Assembly: GCA_040902805.1 (NCBI GenBank)
Contig: JBBDWQ010000038.1
Coordinates: 23,941 to 87,940 of the forward strand
From: Acidimicrobiales bacterium
GTDB lineage: Bacteria; Actinomycetota; Acidimicrobiia; Acidimicrobiales; VFJN01
Reading direction: 5' to 3'
DNA length: 64,000 nucleotides
The position numbers and the translations under genes were made by a program. The notes beneath the pieces are model-generated. The model made no database searches, was not told the origin of the DNA, and worked only from the letters and a program-made list of their open reading frames with translations. Below are positions 9,988 to 20,353 of the stretch, in pieces; the first letter of the stretch is position 1, and each line of letters begins with the position of its first letter.

Positions 9988-12762
9988 TCAGGCCCTGCCG
10001 TGGCAGAGCTTGAACTTCTTCCCGCTGCCGCACGGGCACGGGGCATTGCGGGGGGTCTTGTCCCACTCGGACTTCACGATCGGGGTCATCGTCGCGGGCT
10101 CCGCGGCGCTTGCCGGGCCCGGAGCAACTCCGCCGTCGTCGGCCATGGTCTGTGATGCGGCCGCCGCCATCCGCCCACCCACGCTTGGGTCGTCGGGTGC
10201 CGAGTACTGGACGTTCTGGACCAGCGCTTCGTCACCACCAACAGGGGCTGCGAGCGTGGGCGCCTGGCTCCCTGCACCGGCCACGGGCTCCTCGACCTGA
10301 ACCTGCACGTGCATCACATAGCGGACGAGATCCTGGGCGATGCCCTTCATCATCATCCCGAACATGTCGTAGCCCTCGCGCTGCCACTCGGTGAGCGGAT
10401 CGCGCTGACCCATCGCCCGTAGGTTGATGCCCTCTTGGAGGTAATCCATCTCGAAGAGGTGCTCACGCCAGCGGGTGTCGATGATCCGCAACATGACCTG
10501 ACGCTCGACCTGCCGCAGGACCTCTGCACCGAGCTCCTCCTCGCGCTGCTCGTAGTGCGTCGTAGCGTCATCCACGAGTGCGGCATAGAGGTCATCGGTG
10601 GTGCTCGACGCCGCCATCTGCTCCAGCGTGAGCGATGTGGGCCAATAGGTGAGGACATCCGCATGCAGGCCGGTGAGGTCCCACTCCTCGTGGAAGTCGG
10701 CGACGCAGTACGTCTCGACGAGCGCTTCGACGGCCTCAGGCAGATGTTCGCCGAGGATCTTCTCCCGCAGGTCGGCCTGGTCGAGGATCTGATCGCGAAG
10801 CGCGTAGATGACCTTGCGCTGTGCGTTCATCACCTCGTCGTACTTGAGGACGTTCTTACGGATCTCACCGTTCTTCTGCTCGACGGTGGTCTGCGCTCGC
10901 TCGATCGCCTTCGTCACCATCTTCGCTTCGAGGGGCACGTCGTCGGGGAGCGCCTTGCCCATCACCCAGTTGATGGCACCGGTGGCGAAGAGTCGCATGA
11001 GGTCGTCCTCGAGGGACAGGTAGAAGCGGCTCGCCCCCGGGTCGCCCTGGCGGCCCGACCGGCCTCGGAGCTGGTTGTCGATCCGGCGGGAGTCGTGACG
11101 CTCCGTGCCGAGCACGTAGACGCCTCCCAGCTCGCGGACCTTGTCGCCCTCGGCCTTGGTGTCATGCTCGTACTTCGCGACGAGCTCGGCTAGCTGTGCC
11201 CGACCCTCATCACTCTCGAGATCCACCTCTTGGGCCCGCAGGTCGCGGGTGGCCAGGATCTCAGGGTTACCGCCGAGCAGGATGTCGACGCCTCGACCGG
11301 CCATGTTGGTGGCCACCGTGACAGCTTGGAGCCGTCCGGCCTGAGCCACGATCTCCGCCTCACGGGTGTGCTGCTTCGCATTCAGCACCTCATGGACGAT
11401 TCCTCGCTTGTCGAGGAGCCGGGAGAGCTTCTCGGACTTCTCGACCGAGATCGTGCCCACAAGCACGGGCTGACCGGCTGCGTAGCGTTCGCCGATGTCC
11501 TCCACGACCGCGTCGAACTTGCCGTCCTCGGTCTTGTAGATGAGGTCCGCGTGATCCAGCCGAACGATGGGTCGGTTCGTCGGCACGGGAACGACCTGCA
11601 GCTCGTAGGTGTTCGCGAACTCCGCCGCCTCGGTGGTGGCGGTACCGGTCATCCCCGCAAGCTTCTTGTACATGCGGAAGTAGTTCTGGAGCGTGATCGT
11701 GGCCAGAGTCTGATTCTCCTCCTTGATCTTCACGCCCTCCTTCGCTTCAACCGCTTGATGGAGTCCCTCCGACCATCGGCGACCTTCGAGCACCCGACCG
11801 GTGAACTCATCGACGATCTTCACCTCGCCGTTGGCGATGATGTAGTCCTTGTCCCGCTTGAAGAGCTCCTTGGCTCGCAGGGCGGCCTGCAGCTGGTGCA
11901 CGAGGTTCTGGGCGACCGCGTCATAGAGGTTGTCGATCCCGAGGGCCTGCTCGACCTTCTCGATGCCGGCCTCGGTGGGCGACACGCTGCGCTTTTGCTC
12001 GTCGACCTCATAGTCCTCGTCGCGGTGCAAGGAGCGAATGATCGAGGCGAACTTGTAGTACAGCTGCGCGGCATCGGCGGCCCGACCGGAGATGATCAAT
12101 GGCGTGCGTGCTTCATCGATCAAGATCGAATCGACCTCGTCCACGATCGCGTAGTTGAACCCCCGCTGAGTCTGTCGTTCACGCGTCATGGCCATGTTGT
12201 CACGGAGGTAATCGAATCCGAACTCGTTGTTTGTGCCGTAGGTGATGTCCGCGGCGTACTGCGCCCGCTTGTGGTCGGGGCTGTCCTCACCCGGAACGAT
12301 GAGACCCACCTCGAGCCCAAGCCACCGGTGCAGGCGTCCCATCCACTCGGCGTCGCGGCGAGCTAGATACTCGTTGACCGTGATCAGGTGGGCGCCCTTG
12401 CTGGACAGGCCGTTGAGGTACGCCGGGAGAGTGGACACCAGGGTCTTGCCCTCGCCGGTCTTCATCTCCGCGATCCACCCGAAGTGAAGTGCCGCGCCGC
12501 CAATGAGCTGCACGTCGTAGTGACGCTGGCCCAGTACCCGTTTGCCTGCCTCGCGAACCACGGCGTATGCCTCGATGAGGATGTCATCGAGGTCCTCGCC
12601 GTTGGTGAGACGCTGACGGAACTCGGGCGTCTTGGCCTGAAGGGCGGCGTCGTTCAGCGACTCCATCTCCGGCTCCAGGGCCGTGATGTCGGGCGCGATG
12701 GCCTGGAGGGCCTTCAGCTTCTTTCCCTCGCCGGAGCGGAGGATCTTGTCGAAGATGCTCAT
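9988..12762 (-). CDS. secA: Preprotein translocase ATPase SecA
   Basis: 924 aa. MSIFDKILRSGEGKKLK; DEAD-like AIVDEVDSILIDEARTPLIISG; C-terminal zinc motif CPCGSGKKFKLCHG. Confidence 0.95.
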   Translation of the reverse strand: MSIFDKILRSGEGKKLKALQAIAPDITALEPEMESLNDAALQAKTPEFRQRLTNGEDLDDILIEAYAVVREAGKRVLGQRHYDVQLIGGAALHFGWIAEMKTGEGKTLVSTLPAYLNGLSSKGAHLITVNEYLARRDAEWMGRLHRWLGLEVGLIVPGEDSPDHKRAQYAADITYGTNNEFGFDYLRDNMAMTRERQTQRGFNYAIVDEVDSILIDEARTPLIISGRAADAAQLYYKFASIIRSLHRDEDYEVDEQKRSVSPTEAGIEKVEQALGIDNLYDAVAQNLVHQLQAALRAKELFKRDKDYIIANGEVKIVDEFTGRVLEGRRWSEGLHQAVEAKEGVKIKEENQTLATITLQNYFRMYKKLAGMTGTATTEAAEFANTYELQVVPVPTNRPIVRLDHADLIYKTEDGKFDAVVEDIGERYAAGQPVLVGTISVEKSEKLSRLLDKRGIVHEVLNAKQHTREAEIVAQAGRLQAVTVATNMAGRGVDILLGGNPEILATRDLRAQEVDLESDEGRAQLAELVAKYEHDTKAEGDKVRELGGVYVLGTERHDSRRIDNQLRGRSGRQGDPGASRFYLSLEDDLMRLFATGAINWVMGKALPDDVPLEAKMVTKAIERAQTTVEQKNGEIRKNVLKYDEVMNAQRKVIYALRDQILDQADLREKILGEHLPEAVEALVETYCVADFHEEWDLTGLHADVLTYWPTSLTLEQMAASSTTDDLYAALVDDATTHYEQREEELGAEVLRQVERQVMLRIIDTRWREHLFEMDYLQEGINLRAMGQRDPLTEWQREGYDMFGMMMKGIAQDLVRYVMHVQVQVEEPVAGAGSQAPTLAAPVGGDEALVQNVQYSAPDDPSVGGRMAAAASQTMADDGGVAPGPASAAEPATMTPIVKSEWDKTPRNAPCPCGSGKKFKLCHGRA

Positions 12763-12807
12763 GAGGGAGCCGAGTCTACCGATGGCCCCCCAACACGAGG
12801 ATTCGGC

Positions 12808-13236
12808 TCAGCTGTGAGCGTGGGCGGGCTCCGCGACGAGGTGCACGACGTCGATCTTGGGGTAGGTCTTGCGCATCCGAGAGGGCACGTCGAGGTGCAG
12901 CCAGCGGGATGGCCCAGCCGGGAGCGTCGAGAGGATGATGCTGGTGAACGCGTCCTCGCCCTCGCGCCGCAGGACCACCCCGGCCGCGTAGATGGGGTTG
13001 GCGTCGCCGATCTCGCCGTCCGCGATGATGCGCTCGTCGTTGAAGCGGTCGAGCCCCTCCTGCAGCGTGCGCTTGGCGGCCGCCTTCACCATGCCATCGG
13101 TCCACGCACCCATGGGGTGCTCGACAGGGACGAGGAGGTGGAACCGACAGGGCCCCTCGTCCCGCAACCTGAGCACATGCTCCATCAGGTGGGGTCCGCC
13201 CAGCGTGCGGTGGGCGATGATGAGATATCGAGGCAT
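12808..13236 (-). CDS. Hypothetical protein, possibly USP-like alpha/beta fold
   Basis: Part of ORF 12808-13434. ATG at 13234-13236 (MPRYLIIAHRTLGG) is preceded by GGAGG on the reverse strand. No catalytic motif recognised. Confidence 0.55.
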   Translation of the reverse strand: MPRYLIIAHRTLGGPHLMEHVLRLRDEGPCRFHLLVPVEHPMGAWTDGMVKAAAKRTLQEGLDRFNDERIIADGEIGDANPIYAAGVVLRREGEDAFTSIILSTLPAGPSRWLHLDVPSRMRKTYPKIDVVHLVAEPAHAHS

Positions 13237-13306
13237 TGGCGCCTCCGTTCGGTCCGGGGCCCGGTGCTGCCACCGTAGGCCCCGATAGCCCCGCTTGGGA
13301 AGGCCC

Positions 13307-14011
13307 TCAGTGCAGGTCGAGGAGCTTTTCGCGGACGGCGTAGACCACGGCCTCCATGCGGGAGTGCAGGTGGAGCTTCTCCAAGATGTTGCGCACGTGG
13401 TTCTTGACGGTGTTCTCTGAGATGAACAGCTCACCAGCGATCTCGCGGTTGCTCATGCCTTCGGCGACGAGCTTGAGGACCTCGAGCTCGCGGTCGGTCA
13501 GACGCGGCGTCGAGACGCTCTGGCGATCCTCTGCCTTCTTGGTGAGGCTCGTGAACTCCGTAAGGAGCTTGGAGGCCATCGATGGGGAGATGAGGCTCTG
13601 TCCGCCCACAACCGCCCGGATCGCCGTCGCCACCTCCTCGATTGAGATCTCCTTCAGGAGATACCCCGTGGCGCCGGCCTTGATGGCCTCGTAGAGGTCC
13701 TCCTCCTCGTCGCTCACCGTGAGCATCAGGATCTTGGCCGCGGGGACTCGCTCCGCTATGGCCCTGGTGGCCTCGATGCCGCTCACGCGCGGCATTCGGA
13801 TGTCCATGAGGACAACGTCGGGGGCCATGTCCTCGACCTTGGCGATGGCGTCTTCGCCGTCCTCGGCCTCTCCCACGACCTCGATGCCCTCTTCGGTCTC
13901 GAGCACCATCACCAGCCCGCGTCGGAACAGTGCGTGGTCGTCACAGATCATCACCCTGATGGCATCATCGGACGACTGCTGAGCCTGACTCGGCGCGGTG
14001 GCGTCGGTCAT
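13307..14011 (-). CDS. NarL/LuxR-family response regulator (REC + HTH)
   Basis: IRVMICDDH...VVLMDIRMPRVSG; HTH LTDRELEVLKLVAEGMSNREIAGELFISENTVKNHVRNILEKL. Strong GAGGAGGAAC before ATG 14009-14011. No adjacent kinase. Confidence 0.9.
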   Translation of the reverse strand: MTDATAPSQAQQSSDDAIRVMICDDHALFRRGLVMVLETEEGIEVVGEAEDGEDAIAKVEDMAPDVVLMDIRMPRVSGIEATRAIAERVPAAKILMLTVSDEEEDLYEAIKAGATGYLLKEISIEEVATAIRAVVGGQSLISPSMASKLLTEFTSLTKKAEDRQSVSTPRLTDRELEVLKLVAEGMSNREIAGELFISENTVKNHVRNILEKLHLHSRMEAVVYAVREKLLDLH

Positions 14012-14104
14012 GTTCCTCCTCGCGCTCCGACGACACCCGCCGGATTAGCCAGGCCAGCGTAGCCCGATCGAGCTACTCAACCCATGACGCTCAGGGACCA
14101 TCCT

Positions 14105-14479
14105 CTAGGCGAGGAGATCAGTGCCGATCGATTCCGCGTCGGCCAGAACCTGGTCACTGTGGCGCGGGCCCTGGTGGGTGCGCAGCACCGTCTTGGTCTT
14201 CAGCTTGTGCAGCTGCTGCTCGAGCTTGGCCACCGCGAGGTCGATCGCTGCGAAGGGATCCGCCGCTGCAACCTTGCAGCGAAGGTGATGACCCCCGCCC
14301 TCCAGGGAGACCTCACACACCTCTTTGTCGGATATGCGCGGGTTGCGCTCCTCCGAGAAGTGCACCTCGCCGCGATGCAAGTCGTCCTGAAAACGACTGA
14401 GGCGGCCGATCTTGTCTTCGGCCGCCGCTCGCAGAGCAGGTGAGATGTCCATGTGCCTGGCACTGACGGTGATGTCCAC
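14105..14479 (-). CDS. hpf: Ribosome hibernation-promoting factor / RaiA family (short form)
   Basis: ORF 14105-14518. VDITVSARHMDISPALRAAAEDKIGRLSRF is a typical HPF N-terminus. GTG 14477-14479 has GGAGG 10 nt upstream; ATG 14518 is the alternative start. Confidence 0.8.
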   Translation of the reverse strand: MDITVSARHMDISPALRAAAEDKIGRLSRFQDDLHRGEVHFSEERNPRISDKEVCEVSLEGGGHHLRCKVAAADPFAAIDLAVAKLEQQLHKLKTKTVLRTHQGPRHSDQVLADAESIGTDLLA

Positions 14480-14547
14480 GAACTGGGAACCTCCGGGTCT
14501 GGTGCGTTGCACAGTCATCGTAGGCTCGATTCAGCGGGCGCGGATCG

Positions 14548-15195
14548 TCAGGGCCGACCTGGCCCGCAGGACCGTGCGGCCACCACCGCCGTAACCCGTT
14601 TCGCGCCGCCCTCGCGCAACGCGCGGGCCGCGGCGGTGACGGTCGCCCCCGTGGTCAGCACGTCATCGATCACGATCACGTCGCGCGGGCACTCGCGGCG
14701 AGTCCGAAACGCTGGCCCTGTCCGGCGCTGGGCGCCTGATCGCCCGACCTGCGGGGGTCCCGGCACGCGCCGCAGCAGCCTGTGGCACGGGAGGTCACAA
14801 CGGCGCGCGACGGCGCGCGCCAGGAGCTCAGCCTGGTCGAACCCACGGGCCCGGACCCGTTGAACCCCGGTTGGGGCCCAGGTGACGACCGCACCAGGCC
14901 CGGGTTCGAGCAACACGGCCATCTCCGCTGCCAACCACCCGACGAGGTCTCGACGGCCGCCGTTCTTCAGCGACGTCACAAGGCCGCGCGCCGATCCGTA
15001 GTGGAGCAGGGCGCTGCACGCATCCAGCCGCAGTGGTGGGGCGAGGCTGCGCGCCCGCTCGAGCCCGGCGGCACAACCCGAGCACACGGCAGGTCCGGGC
15101 CGATCACACAGCGCACAGTCGGAACGGAGGAGCACGGGTCGGCACGCTACGCATGGCCTGTGACGGGCCAGATGGCCGGACGCAACCAACCACAC
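14548..15195 (-). CDS. ComF-family phosphoribosyltransferase-domain protein
   Basis: C-terminal part of ORF 14548-15843. Cys clusters CVAC...CALC...CSGC and PRTase motif VIVIDDVLTTGATV. The GTG 15193-15195 start is tentative. The rest of the ORF is shadow antisense to 15272-16012. Confidence 0.75.
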   Translation of the reverse strand: MWLVASGHLARHRPCVACRPVLLRSDCALCDRPGPAVCSGCAAGLERARSLAPPLRLDACSALLHYGSARGLVTSLKNGGRRDLVGWLAAEMAVLLEPGPGAVVTWAPTGVQRVRARGFDQAELLARAVARRCDLPCHRLLRRVPGPPQVGRSGAQRRTGPAFRTRRECPRDVIVIDDVLTTGATVTAAARALREGGAKRVTAVVAARSCGPGRP

Positions 15196-15271
15196 CTGCT
15201 CAGCGTCTGAAAGGCTGACGAAGTCGCACCGGCTGTCGCCGCGGCCGGCCGGCCTGCCCAAGGAGATCGTG

Positions 15272-16012
15272 ATGGACGCACAGGAAGCCAACGCCCGGAG
15301 CTCCCGCCTGGCGATCCTCGCGCTGGTCGTGGCGCTCATCGCGCTCGTCGTTGCCGCGATCGCCTTCATTGGAGACGACGACGATGAGGAGGACGCCCCC
15401 TCGACCTCCACAACCCTGCCGGCGGGCACGAGCACCACTACCCCGAGCTCAACCACCGCTCCCGCCGCGGATCTCAGCGGCGCCGTGTTCCCCGACGCCA
15501 CGACCTCGCGCCGGTTCGACGACCCGCTGGCCGCCACCCGCGCCTTCGCCACCGAGCTCCTCGGGTTCAACGCTCCACTCGTCGGTGAGTTCGCCGCTGG
15601 CGACAGTCGTTCGGGCGAGGTCGAGGTGCGCGGCTTCGAGGGCGGGAGGCCGACGACGGTGCTGGTACGACAGCTCGAGAACGACACCTGGTTCGTTCTG
15701 GGTGCCATCGCTGAGTCCATTCGCCTCGACGTGCCCACCGCTCGAGATCGGATGGCATCGCCGTCCGATCTTCGAGGCGCCGCCTCTGCGTTTGAAGGCC
15801 ATGTCGTCGTCCACCTCTTCGCAGACGGCGTCGCTGAGCCCATCGGCGTGAGCTACGTGACCGGACGAGGCGACGGAGAGCTGGGCGACTTCGAGGGCTC
15901 GATCAGCTTCGATGTCCCGGACGGCGTGACCGACGGCGTCCTCGTACTGTTCGAACCCAGTGCCCGAGACGGCTCGACGGTCGCGGCGACGGTGATCCGC
16001 GTCCACTTCTGA
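15272..16012 (+). CDS. Membrane-anchored protein with C-terminal Gmad2-type Ig-like domain
   Basis: AAGGAGA at 15260-15266 precedes ATG 15272. It has an N-terminal TM (LAILALVVALIALVVAAIAF), an acidic then Ser/Thr/Pro linker, and then ASPSDLRGAASAFEGHVVVHLFADG...GDFEGSISFDVP...VLVLFEPSARDGS, which resembles the Gmad2 pattern (from memory). Confidence 0.7.
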   Translation: MDAQEANARSSRLAILALVVALIALVVAAIAFIGDDDDEEDAPSTSTTLPAGTSTTTPSSTTAPAADLSGAVFPDATTSRRFDDPLAATRAFATELLGFNAPLVGEFAAGDSRSGEVEVRGFEGGRPTTVLVRQLENDTWFVLGAIAESIRLDVPTARDRMASPSDLRGAASAFEGHVVVHLFADGVAEPIGVSYVTGRGDGELGDFEGSISFDVPDGVTDGVLVLFEPSARDGSTVAATVIRVHF

Positions 16013-16043
16013 ACTGGGATCACCGTCGCACCGCGACGAGCCG

Positions 16044-17492
<1,449 letters not shown>

Positions 17493-17577
17493 GGTTCCTC
17501 CGTGCACGCGCGCCGAAGCGATTCGCATGCTGTCGTGGTGTGGGAGGGCCGGCTGCAGCTGGCAGCACCCTGATCAG

Positions 17578-17614
17578 CCCGGGCCACGAGCGTAGCCGGA
17601 CACAGCGGCCCGGG
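17578..17614 (-). terminator. Stem-loop abutting the stop of the SIS gene (8-bp GC stem CCCGGGCC/GGCCCGGG with a 21-nt loop)
   Basis: Arms at 17578-17585 and 17607-17614, immediately 3' of the TAG at 17616-18 on the reverse strand. No U-tract follows, so intrinsic-terminator function is uncertain. Confidence 0.3.
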
Positions 17615-17615
17615 A

Positions 17616-18647
17616 CTACTGCGCCAGGGCCGCTTTCAGGTCGAGGAGCACGGGAATGGGGCCCGGATCCACGCCGGCATCCGCCGCCAGGTGCAGGCTG
17701 ACGAAGTCACCCTGGATGATGAGATCGAACAGCTGGGCCAACGGGCCGTCGCCCTCGGCCTGCACATCGGTGACGGCGTGCACGACCTCATCCAGCACGT
17801 CGAAGGTGAGGTCGAATCGCCGCGAGACCTGCGGATGCTCGAAGTCGTGTCGGAACCGGACAACCGTCATGACCTGACGAGTCATGTCGCCGTGCTGACC
17901 CCAACCACAGATCTCGTTGTGGCACATCTCAGGAAGCGAGCCAGCGAACGCGGGCGCCTTGGCGTTCTCGTTGACCTGGCACTTGAAGCGATAGGCCGCC
18001 ACCGCACCCAGGGCATCCCCGCCGTACACGATCGGCATCGTGCGCCCGATCTCTCGAGCAAGAAGCTGAGCCGAGCTACCGTCCTTGATCAGCGCATCTC
18101 GTCGCTTGCTGAGCTGGTTCTGCGCGGCCGTTATGTAGGTGCGTCCGCCGGGGAACAGTCCGACTCGCTCGAGGACGCCGAGGATCGGGACGCTGACAGC
18201 ACCGACGCCAGCGCGTGGCATCGGGATGTCGGGGAGCACGATGTGGGGTGCGCTCACGGAGGCGGCGAGCGCACCAAGCGTCCCACCGGTGCTCAGCACA
18301 ACGAGCTTGGCGCCGGCTTCGACCGCGCCCTGTGCAGCTTCGAGGGTTTCCTCGGTGTTCCCGGAGTAGGAGACGGCGAAGCACAACGTGCCGGGACCCA
18401 CGAAGGACGGCGTCTCATAGCCCTTCACGACCGTGACCGGTACGGACATGAGCGGACCGGCGATCGCCGTGACGATGTCCCCCGCGATGCCACTGCCACC
18501 CATGCCGAGGACGACGACGTTCTCGATGTCCTCGTGTTCCGGGAGGCCGCGCGCGACGTCGTCGACCAATGTCGACACCTGCGCTACCTGCTCCGGGAGC
18601 GCGGCGGCCAGGTCGAACATGCCGACTGAGTCGAGGACCTCCGTCAC
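17616..18647 (-). CDS. SIS-domain bifunctional phosphoglucose/phosphomannose isomerase
   Basis: Part of ORF 17616-18809. The GTG 18645-18647 start lies 4 nt after the Trm112 stop, with GAGGGA upstream. VVVLGMGGSGIAGD and SYSGNTEETL are SIS motifs. Confidence 0.8.
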   Translation of the reverse strand: MTEVLDSVGMFDLAAALPEQVAQVSTLVDDVARGLPEHEDIENVVVLGMGGSGIAGDIVTAIAGPLMSVPVTVVKGYETPSFVGPGTLCFAVSYSGNTEETLEAAQGAVEAGAKLVVLSTGGTLGALAASVSAPHIVLPDIPMPRAGVGAVSVPILGVLERVGLFPGGRTYITAAQNQLSKRRDALIKDGSSAQLLAREIGRTMPIVYGGDALGAVAAYRFKCQVNENAKAPAFAGSLPEMCHNEICGWGQHGDMTRQVMTVVRFRHDFEHPQVSRRFDLTFDVLDEVVHAVTDVQAEGDGPLAQLFDLIIQGDFVSLHLAADAGVDPGPIPVLLDLKAALAQ

Positions 18648-18651
18648 CTCG

Positions 18652-18888
18652 TCATCCCTCGAACGTGGGCGAGATGCCCTGCGCTTCCGCCTTAGCGACG
18701 AGTCGCTGGTGCTCGCCGTCGTCCACCGTCTCAGCCTCATCCACGAGCATGATCGGGATGTCATCTCGGATGGCGTAGCGCCGCTTGAGGCGAGGGTTGT
18801 ACAGCGCATCCTCGTCTTCGAAGTAGAGCAGTGGCCCCTTGTCGTCGGGGCAGGCGAGGATCTCGAGGAGCTGAGGGTCTAGGGCCAT
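18652..18888 (-). CDS. Trm112-family small protein (DUF343)
   Basis: 78 aa. MALDPQLLEILACPDDKGPLLYFEDEDALYNP...DDIPIML is typical of the Trm112/UPF0434 family. Confidence 0.8.
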   Translation of the reverse strand: MALDPQLLEILACPDDKGPLLYFEDEDALYNPRLKRRYAIRDDIPIMLVDEAETVDDGEHQRLVAKAEAQGISPTFEG

Positions 18889-18941
18889 GGGAGGGACTCC
18901 TTGCGGGCGGGGTGGTGGATGGATTCAGTGCGGCAGACGGT

Positions 18942-20300
18942 TCAAGATGCGGCGGCAATGAGGTCTTGCACCTCGCGCACTCGCAATGCACAGGATGCCG
19001 GATCTGGCGCTTCGAGGTTCAACCGGAGCAAGGGCTCGGTATTGGACGCTCGAAGGTTGAACCACCAGTCCCCCAGGTCGACCGTCAGACCATCGAGGCG
19101 GTCTTGGGACTCGAGGGGGTACGCGCCGCTCACCGATTCGATGACAGCTTGCGGGTCGGGGACCTTGGTGTTGATCTCGCCGGAATCGGCGTAGCGATCG
19201 AACGGTCGGCGTAGCTCGGACAGGGCGACACCGGCCTTGGAGAGCTGCTCCAACACGACCAGCGCCGCGATGGACCCTGAATCGGCTCGCCAGTTGTCAG
19301 CGAAGTAGTAGTGCGCAGAGTGCTCGCCGCCGAAGGCCGCTCCGGTCTCGGCCATCACGGCCTTGATGAAGCTGTGGCCGACGCGGGTGCGCACCGCAGT
19401 GCCCCCACGTTCGCGGATGACCTCCGGCACGGCCTTGGAACAGATGCAGTTGTGCAAGATCGTCGATCCAGGGTGCTTCTCGAGAACCCCGGCCGCCACG
19501 ATGGCCGTGGTCAGGGAGCCGGAGAGCAGCGCTCCCTGATCGTCGACGAGGAACACACGATCTGCGTCGCCGTCGAAAGCCAGGCCCACGTCGGCACCGA
19601 CCTCGATGACGCGAGCCTGCAGGTCTCGGAGGTTTTCGGGCTGGATGGGGTCGGCCGGGTGGTTCGGAAAGGAGCCGTCGAGATCGCCGTACATGATCTC
19701 GAGCGACATCGGGAGGCCCTCGAACACGGCGGGCACGACGAGACCGCCCATCCCATTCGCGGTGTCCGCGACCACCTTGAGCGGACGGAGCACCCCCAGG
19801 TCGACGAACGAGCGGACGTGGGCTCCGAACTCTTGAAGCAGATCGAGGCGCTCGAGGCCTCCGGCGGGGCTCGAGCTGGCTGGAACGCCGGCCGCGGCCA
19901 AGTCTCTGATCTCGGTGAGCCCAGAGTCCTCACCGATGGGGCGAGCGCCTGGCAGGCACATCTTCATCCCGTTGTACTGGGCGGGGTTGTGGGACGCAGT
20001 GAGCATCACTCCGGGAGCATCGAGCTTCCCGGATGCGAAGTAGAGGAGGTCAGTCGACGCCAGCCCGAGGTCGATGACGTTGAGCCCCTGTTCCTGGACA
20101 CCGCGGGCGAACGCTGCTGCCAGCTCGACTCCGGACTCGCGCATGTCACGGGCCACGAGCACCCGAGCGACGCCGGGGGTCTGCGCGGCGGCGAACCTTG
20201 CGAACGCCCCGCCGATGACGTGCGCGAGTGGCGGGTCGAGCTGGTCGGGGGTCGTCCCACGAATGTCGTAGGCCTTGAAGATCGCAGCGAGGTCAGCCAT
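18942..20300 (-). CDS. manB: Phosphomannomutase/phosphoglucomutase
   Basis: Active-site loop TASHNPAQYNGMK and metal loop FDGDADR. 452 aa. Confidence 0.9.
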   Translation of the reverse strand: MADLAAIFKAYDIRGTTPDQLDPPLAHVIGGAFARFAAAQTPGVARVLVARDMRESGVELAAAFARGVQEQGLNVIDLGLASTDLLYFASGKLDAPGVMLTASHNPAQYNGMKMCLPGARPIGEDSGLTEIRDLAAAGVPASSSPAGGLERLDLLQEFGAHVRSFVDLGVLRPLKVVADTANGMGGLVVPAVFEGLPMSLEIMYGDLDGSFPNHPADPIQPENLRDLQARVIEVGADVGLAFDGDADRVFLVDDQGALLSGSLTTAIVAAGVLEKHPGSTILHNCICSKAVPEVIRERGGTAVRTRVGHSFIKAVMAETGAAFGGEHSAHYYFADNWRADSGSIAALVVLEQLSKAGVALSELRRPFDRYADSGEINTKVPDPQAVIESVSGAYPLESQDRLDGLTVDLGDWWFNLRASNTEPLLRLNLEAPDPASCALRVREVQDLIAAAS

Positions 20301-20353
20301 GGCCGAGCCACCCTACGTGAGGCGACCCGGTCCGGCGCTACGGTTGCGTCTCC

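Noticed and set aside
17493-17577. Possible SAH riboswitch in the 123-nt ahcY leader
   Set aside because: ahcY is the classic SAH-riboswitch-controlled gene. Reading the reverse strand, however, I could not find the conserved core I remember (GAGGAGCG...CUGC...AGGCUCGG...CAACGGCGCUCA). Only generic GC hairpins are present. A cmsearch with Rfam SAH_riboswitch (and SAM-SAH) models would settle it, and a significant hit would overturn this rejection.
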